Shown piece by piece: positions 61,722 through 64,000 of a stretch of DNA of 64,000 bases. This DNA is from Clostridiales bacterium (GTDB taxonomy: Bacteria; Bacillota; Proteinivoracia; UBA4975; PWLI01), in assembly GCA_003559415.1 (NCBI GenBank), contig PWLI01000011.1:3618-67617 (forward strand). The letters are read 5' to 3'. The position numbers and the translations under genes were made by a program. Numbering within the stretch: the first letter of the stretch is position 1; every line of letters begins with the position of its first letter. The notes under the pieces were generated by a model, which made no database searches, was not told the DNA's origin, and saw only the letters and a program-made list of their open reading frames with translations.

Positions 61722-62900
61722 ATGCGGAAAGTCTATCTTGATCATGCTGCCACTACACCGCTAAGGGAAGAAGTTCTGGAAGTGATGTTGCCCTATTTTT
61801 CTCAGCACTTTGGCAACCCCTCCAGCATTCACTGGTATGGCCGGGAAATTCGTAAAGTTGTGGAAGCTGCCCGGGAACAGGCCAAAGCGCTTTTGGGTGG
61901 CTCATCCGGGAGCATTTACTTCACCTCCGGCGGGACCGAATCTGACAACATTGCCATACTGGGTGCGGCGGAAGCCCTGGCCAAAAAGGGCAATCATATT
62001 ATCACCAGTGCAGTGGAGCATCACGCGGTGCTGGATGCCTGCAAATCCTTGGAGAAAAAGGGCTACGAGCTCACCGTGCTCCCTGTGAACCAGCATGGCT
62101 TGGTTTCCCCCGATTCACTGGCCGCCGCAATCACCGATAAAACCGTCCTGGTTACCATTATGCATGCCAACAATGAAGTGGGCACAATTCAGCCGATAAA
62201 GGAATTGGCGGCGGTGGCCCGGCAGCACGGTGTTTTGTTTCACAGCGACGGTGTCCAGGCGGTGGGACAGATTCCCGTAAACCTGGATGAGTTGGGAGTG
62301 GACATGTACACAATTTCCGGGCATAAAATCTACGGCCCCAAGGGAGTCGGCGCCCTCTATATTCGCAAAGGTGTGAAAGTGCGGCCCCTCTACCATGGCG
62401 GAGCCCAGGAAGAAAAGGTCCGCCCTGGCACGGAAAATGTTGCCGGCATAGTCGGCCTGGCCCGGGCGCTGGAGTTGGCTGTAGAAGAGCAAAGGAGTCT
62501 AGCAGATACTTTGCTGCCGCTTCGGGAGAAAATGATAAAGGGCCTAACAGCCCTGCCCGACGTAACTCTCAACGGGCACACCAGCCTGCGGCTTCCCAAC
62601 AATGTGAATATCAGTGTGGATCGGGTGGAGGGGGAATCGCTGATCCTCAGCCTGGATATGGCGGGGATAGCAGTTTCCAGCGGTTCGGCCTGTACATCGG
62701 GAGAATTGGAGCCCTCCCATGTTCTGATGGCCATGGGCCTGGACCACCAAACCGCCCACGGTTCGTTGCGCATGACCATGGGCAGATCCACATCAGAACA
62801 GGACATAGATTATGTGTTGGATGTTGTTCCCGGCATCATAGAAAGATTGCGGGCCATGTCTCCGCTCAAAGGGGAAGGAGGAAAGCAAAATGTACAGTGA
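61722..62900 (+). CDS. nifS: Cysteine desulfurase NifS/IscS
   Basis: MRKVYLDHAATTP..., PLP-Lys in TISGHKIYGPKGVGALY, active-site Cys in SSGSACTSG. Confidence 0.9.
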   Translation: MRKVYLDHAATTPLREEVLEVMLPYFSQHFGNPSSIHWYGREIRKVVEAAREQAKALLGGSSGSIYFTSGGTESDNIAILGAAEALAKKGNHIITSAVEHHAVLDACKSLEKKGYELTVLPVNQHGLVSPDSLAAAITDKTVLVTIMHANNEVGTIQPIKELAAVARQHGVLFHSDGVQAVGQIPVNLDELGVDMYTISGHKIYGPKGVGALYIRKGVKVRPLYHGGAQEEKVRPGTENVAGIVGLARALELAVEEQRSLADTLLPLREKMIKGLTALPDVTLNGHTSLRLPNNVNISVDRVEGESLILSLDMAGIAVSSGSACTSGELEPSHVLMAMGLDHQTAHGSLRMTMGRSTSEQDIDYVLDVVPGIIERLRAMSPLKGEGGKQNVQ

Positions 62901-63261
62901 AAAAGTAATGGATCACTTCCAAAATCCCCGGAACGTGGGAGAGATTAAGGATGCCGACGGCATCGGTGAGGTGGGAAATGTCCGCTGCGGTGATATCATG
63001 AAGCTTTACATCAAGGTAGGCAAGGATGAAACTATTGAGGACATCAAGTTTCAGACCTTTGGTTGTGGAGCGGCAATTGCCACCAGCAGCATCATAACCG
63101 AACTGGTCAAGGGCAAAACCCTTTCTGAAGCTGTCACAATCAGCAACAAGGATGTGGCTGAAGCACTGGACGGGTTGCCGCCGGTCAAGATGCACTGTTC
63201 CAACCTGGCTGCCGATGCCCTGCGAGCAGCGGTGGAAGACTATAACAAAAAGAAGGCCTGA
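62890..63261 (+). CDS. nifU: Fe-S cluster scaffold NifU/IscU
   Basis: ...NPRNVGEIKDADGIGEVGNVRCGDIMKLYIKV...FQTFGCGAAIATSS...MHCSNLAADAL has the three conserved Cys. Confidence 0.9.
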   Translation: MYSEKVMDHFQNPRNVGEIKDADGIGEVGNVRCGDIMKLYIKVGKDETIEDIKFQTFGCGAAIATSSIITELVKGKTLSEAVTISNKDVAEALDGLPPVKMHCSNLAADALRAAVEDYNKKKA

Positions 63262-63372
63262 TTGCGGCAATTTCTGCCACCTCTCCCCCCGAGGTGGCTT
63301 GTTTATTGACAGCAAGGCAAGTGTGCTATAACATTGTACAGATGAATGCTGCAAAGATGGGAGCTGAGGGAG

Positions 63373-64000
63373 TTGCCGCTGTGGGCTGAAATTACAATGG
63401 GTGTGGCTGGCGGGCTGGGCCTATTTATTTTTGGCATGAAATTAATGGCAGAGGGCCTGCAGAGGGCTGCCGGCGACCGGCTGCGCCGCATTCTGGAAAT
63501 GCTTACTTTCAACCGCTACGTGGCGGTGCTGACCGGCATCATAATTACCGTTCTGGTGCAAAGCAGCAGCACCACCACCATCATGATGGTGGGTTTTGTA
63601 AATGCCGGTTTGATGACGCTGACCCAGGCGGTGGGAACTATTTTGGGCGCCAACATCGGCACCACCATCACAGCCCAGATTATCGCTTTTAAGATAACAG
63701 AACTGGCCCTGCCGGCTATTGCCGTGGGTGTTGTTCTGTCTTTCTTTTTTAAGCGCCGGGTACACAAGAATATCGGCCAGGCAGTGATGGGGTTTGGGTT
63801 TTTGTTTTTGGGCATATCCATCATGGGCGACAAGCTCCATGTGCTTCGCGACTATCCGGCCTTTATTGATTTTCTGGCCACCTTCGGCCAGGTGCATATA
63901 CTGGGCATTTTGGCCGGTGCTGTCTTCACAGTCGCCGTCCAGAGCAGCAGCGCCAGCACCGCCACCATCCTTGTGTTGGCGGGCAGCGGTGTGCTCACTC
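63373..64000 (+). CDS. Na+/phosphate cotransporter (NptA/YjbB) family protein, 5' part; runs off the window end
   Basis: (L)PLWAEITMGVAGGLGLFIFGMKLMAEGLQRAAGDRLRRILE...VQSSSTTT...ANIGTTITAQ... are the repeated Na/Pi-cotransporter QSSS motifs. Absent from the ORF track because there is no stop in the window. Start is the TTG at 63373 or the ATG at 63397. Confidence 0.7.
   Translation, partial: MPLWAEITMGVAGGLGLFIFGMKLMAEGLQRAAGDRLRRILEMLTFNRYVAVLTGIIITVLVQSSSTTTIMMVGFVNAGLMTLTQAVGTILGANIGTTITAQIIAFKITELALPAIAVGVVLSFFFKRRVHKNIGQAVMGFGFLFLGISIMGDKLHVLRDYPAFIDFLATFGQVHILGILAGAVFTVAVQSSSASTATILVLAGSGVLT

Overview
This window is the origin-of-replication neighbourhood of a high-GC Firmicutes chromosome. 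It is probably a Clostridia lineage, and it keeps Bacillus-subtilis-like gene order around oriC. The genes run gyrA/gyrB-remB-recF-yaaA-dnaN-dnaA on the minus strand, then a bipartite oriC, then rpmH-rnpA-yidD-yidC-jag-mnmE-mnmG-rsmG-noc-soj-spo0J on the plus strand. Tandem parS sites lie immediately after spo0J. Next comes an inserted block: a class-V aminotransferase, DUF554, an alanine-racemase-like PLP enzyme, DUF4446, a coiled-coil M23 peptidase, bactofilin, TPR, and a perfect Noc-binding palindrome. After that are rpsF-ssb-rpsR, a DUF2232 membrane protein, rplI, purA, five tRNAs, and a LysM-M23 peptidase. A WalRK-like operon follows (walR-walK-yycH-yycI-murA-yycJ-htrA), then a CxxH/CxxC mini-protein and rlmH. 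After rlmH are a J-domain protein with an unknown Cys-rich C-terminus and a RadC(JAB)-DinG fusion helicase. Next is a sigma-54 activator whose own 3' coding end carries a perfect -24/-12 promoter for a lysine-fermentation cluster: kdd, kamA, a P-loop protein of unknown function, a MutS-like ATPase, kamD and kamE. The remaining lysine genes kal and kce sit after pyrG, and the cluster is wedged into the conserved pyrG-fba-tal-glpX block. The window ends with a CaCA exchanger, tdk, DUF1385, prfA, prmC, an Rrf2 regulator, nifS, nifU and a partial Na/Pi cotransporter. No CRISPR array, transposase or obvious prophage was seen. The long antisense ORFs in the track are high-GC artefacts. The best candidates for something new are the JAB-DinG fusion, the P-loop/MutS-like pair inside the B12-dependent aminomutase cluster, and the J-domain protein.
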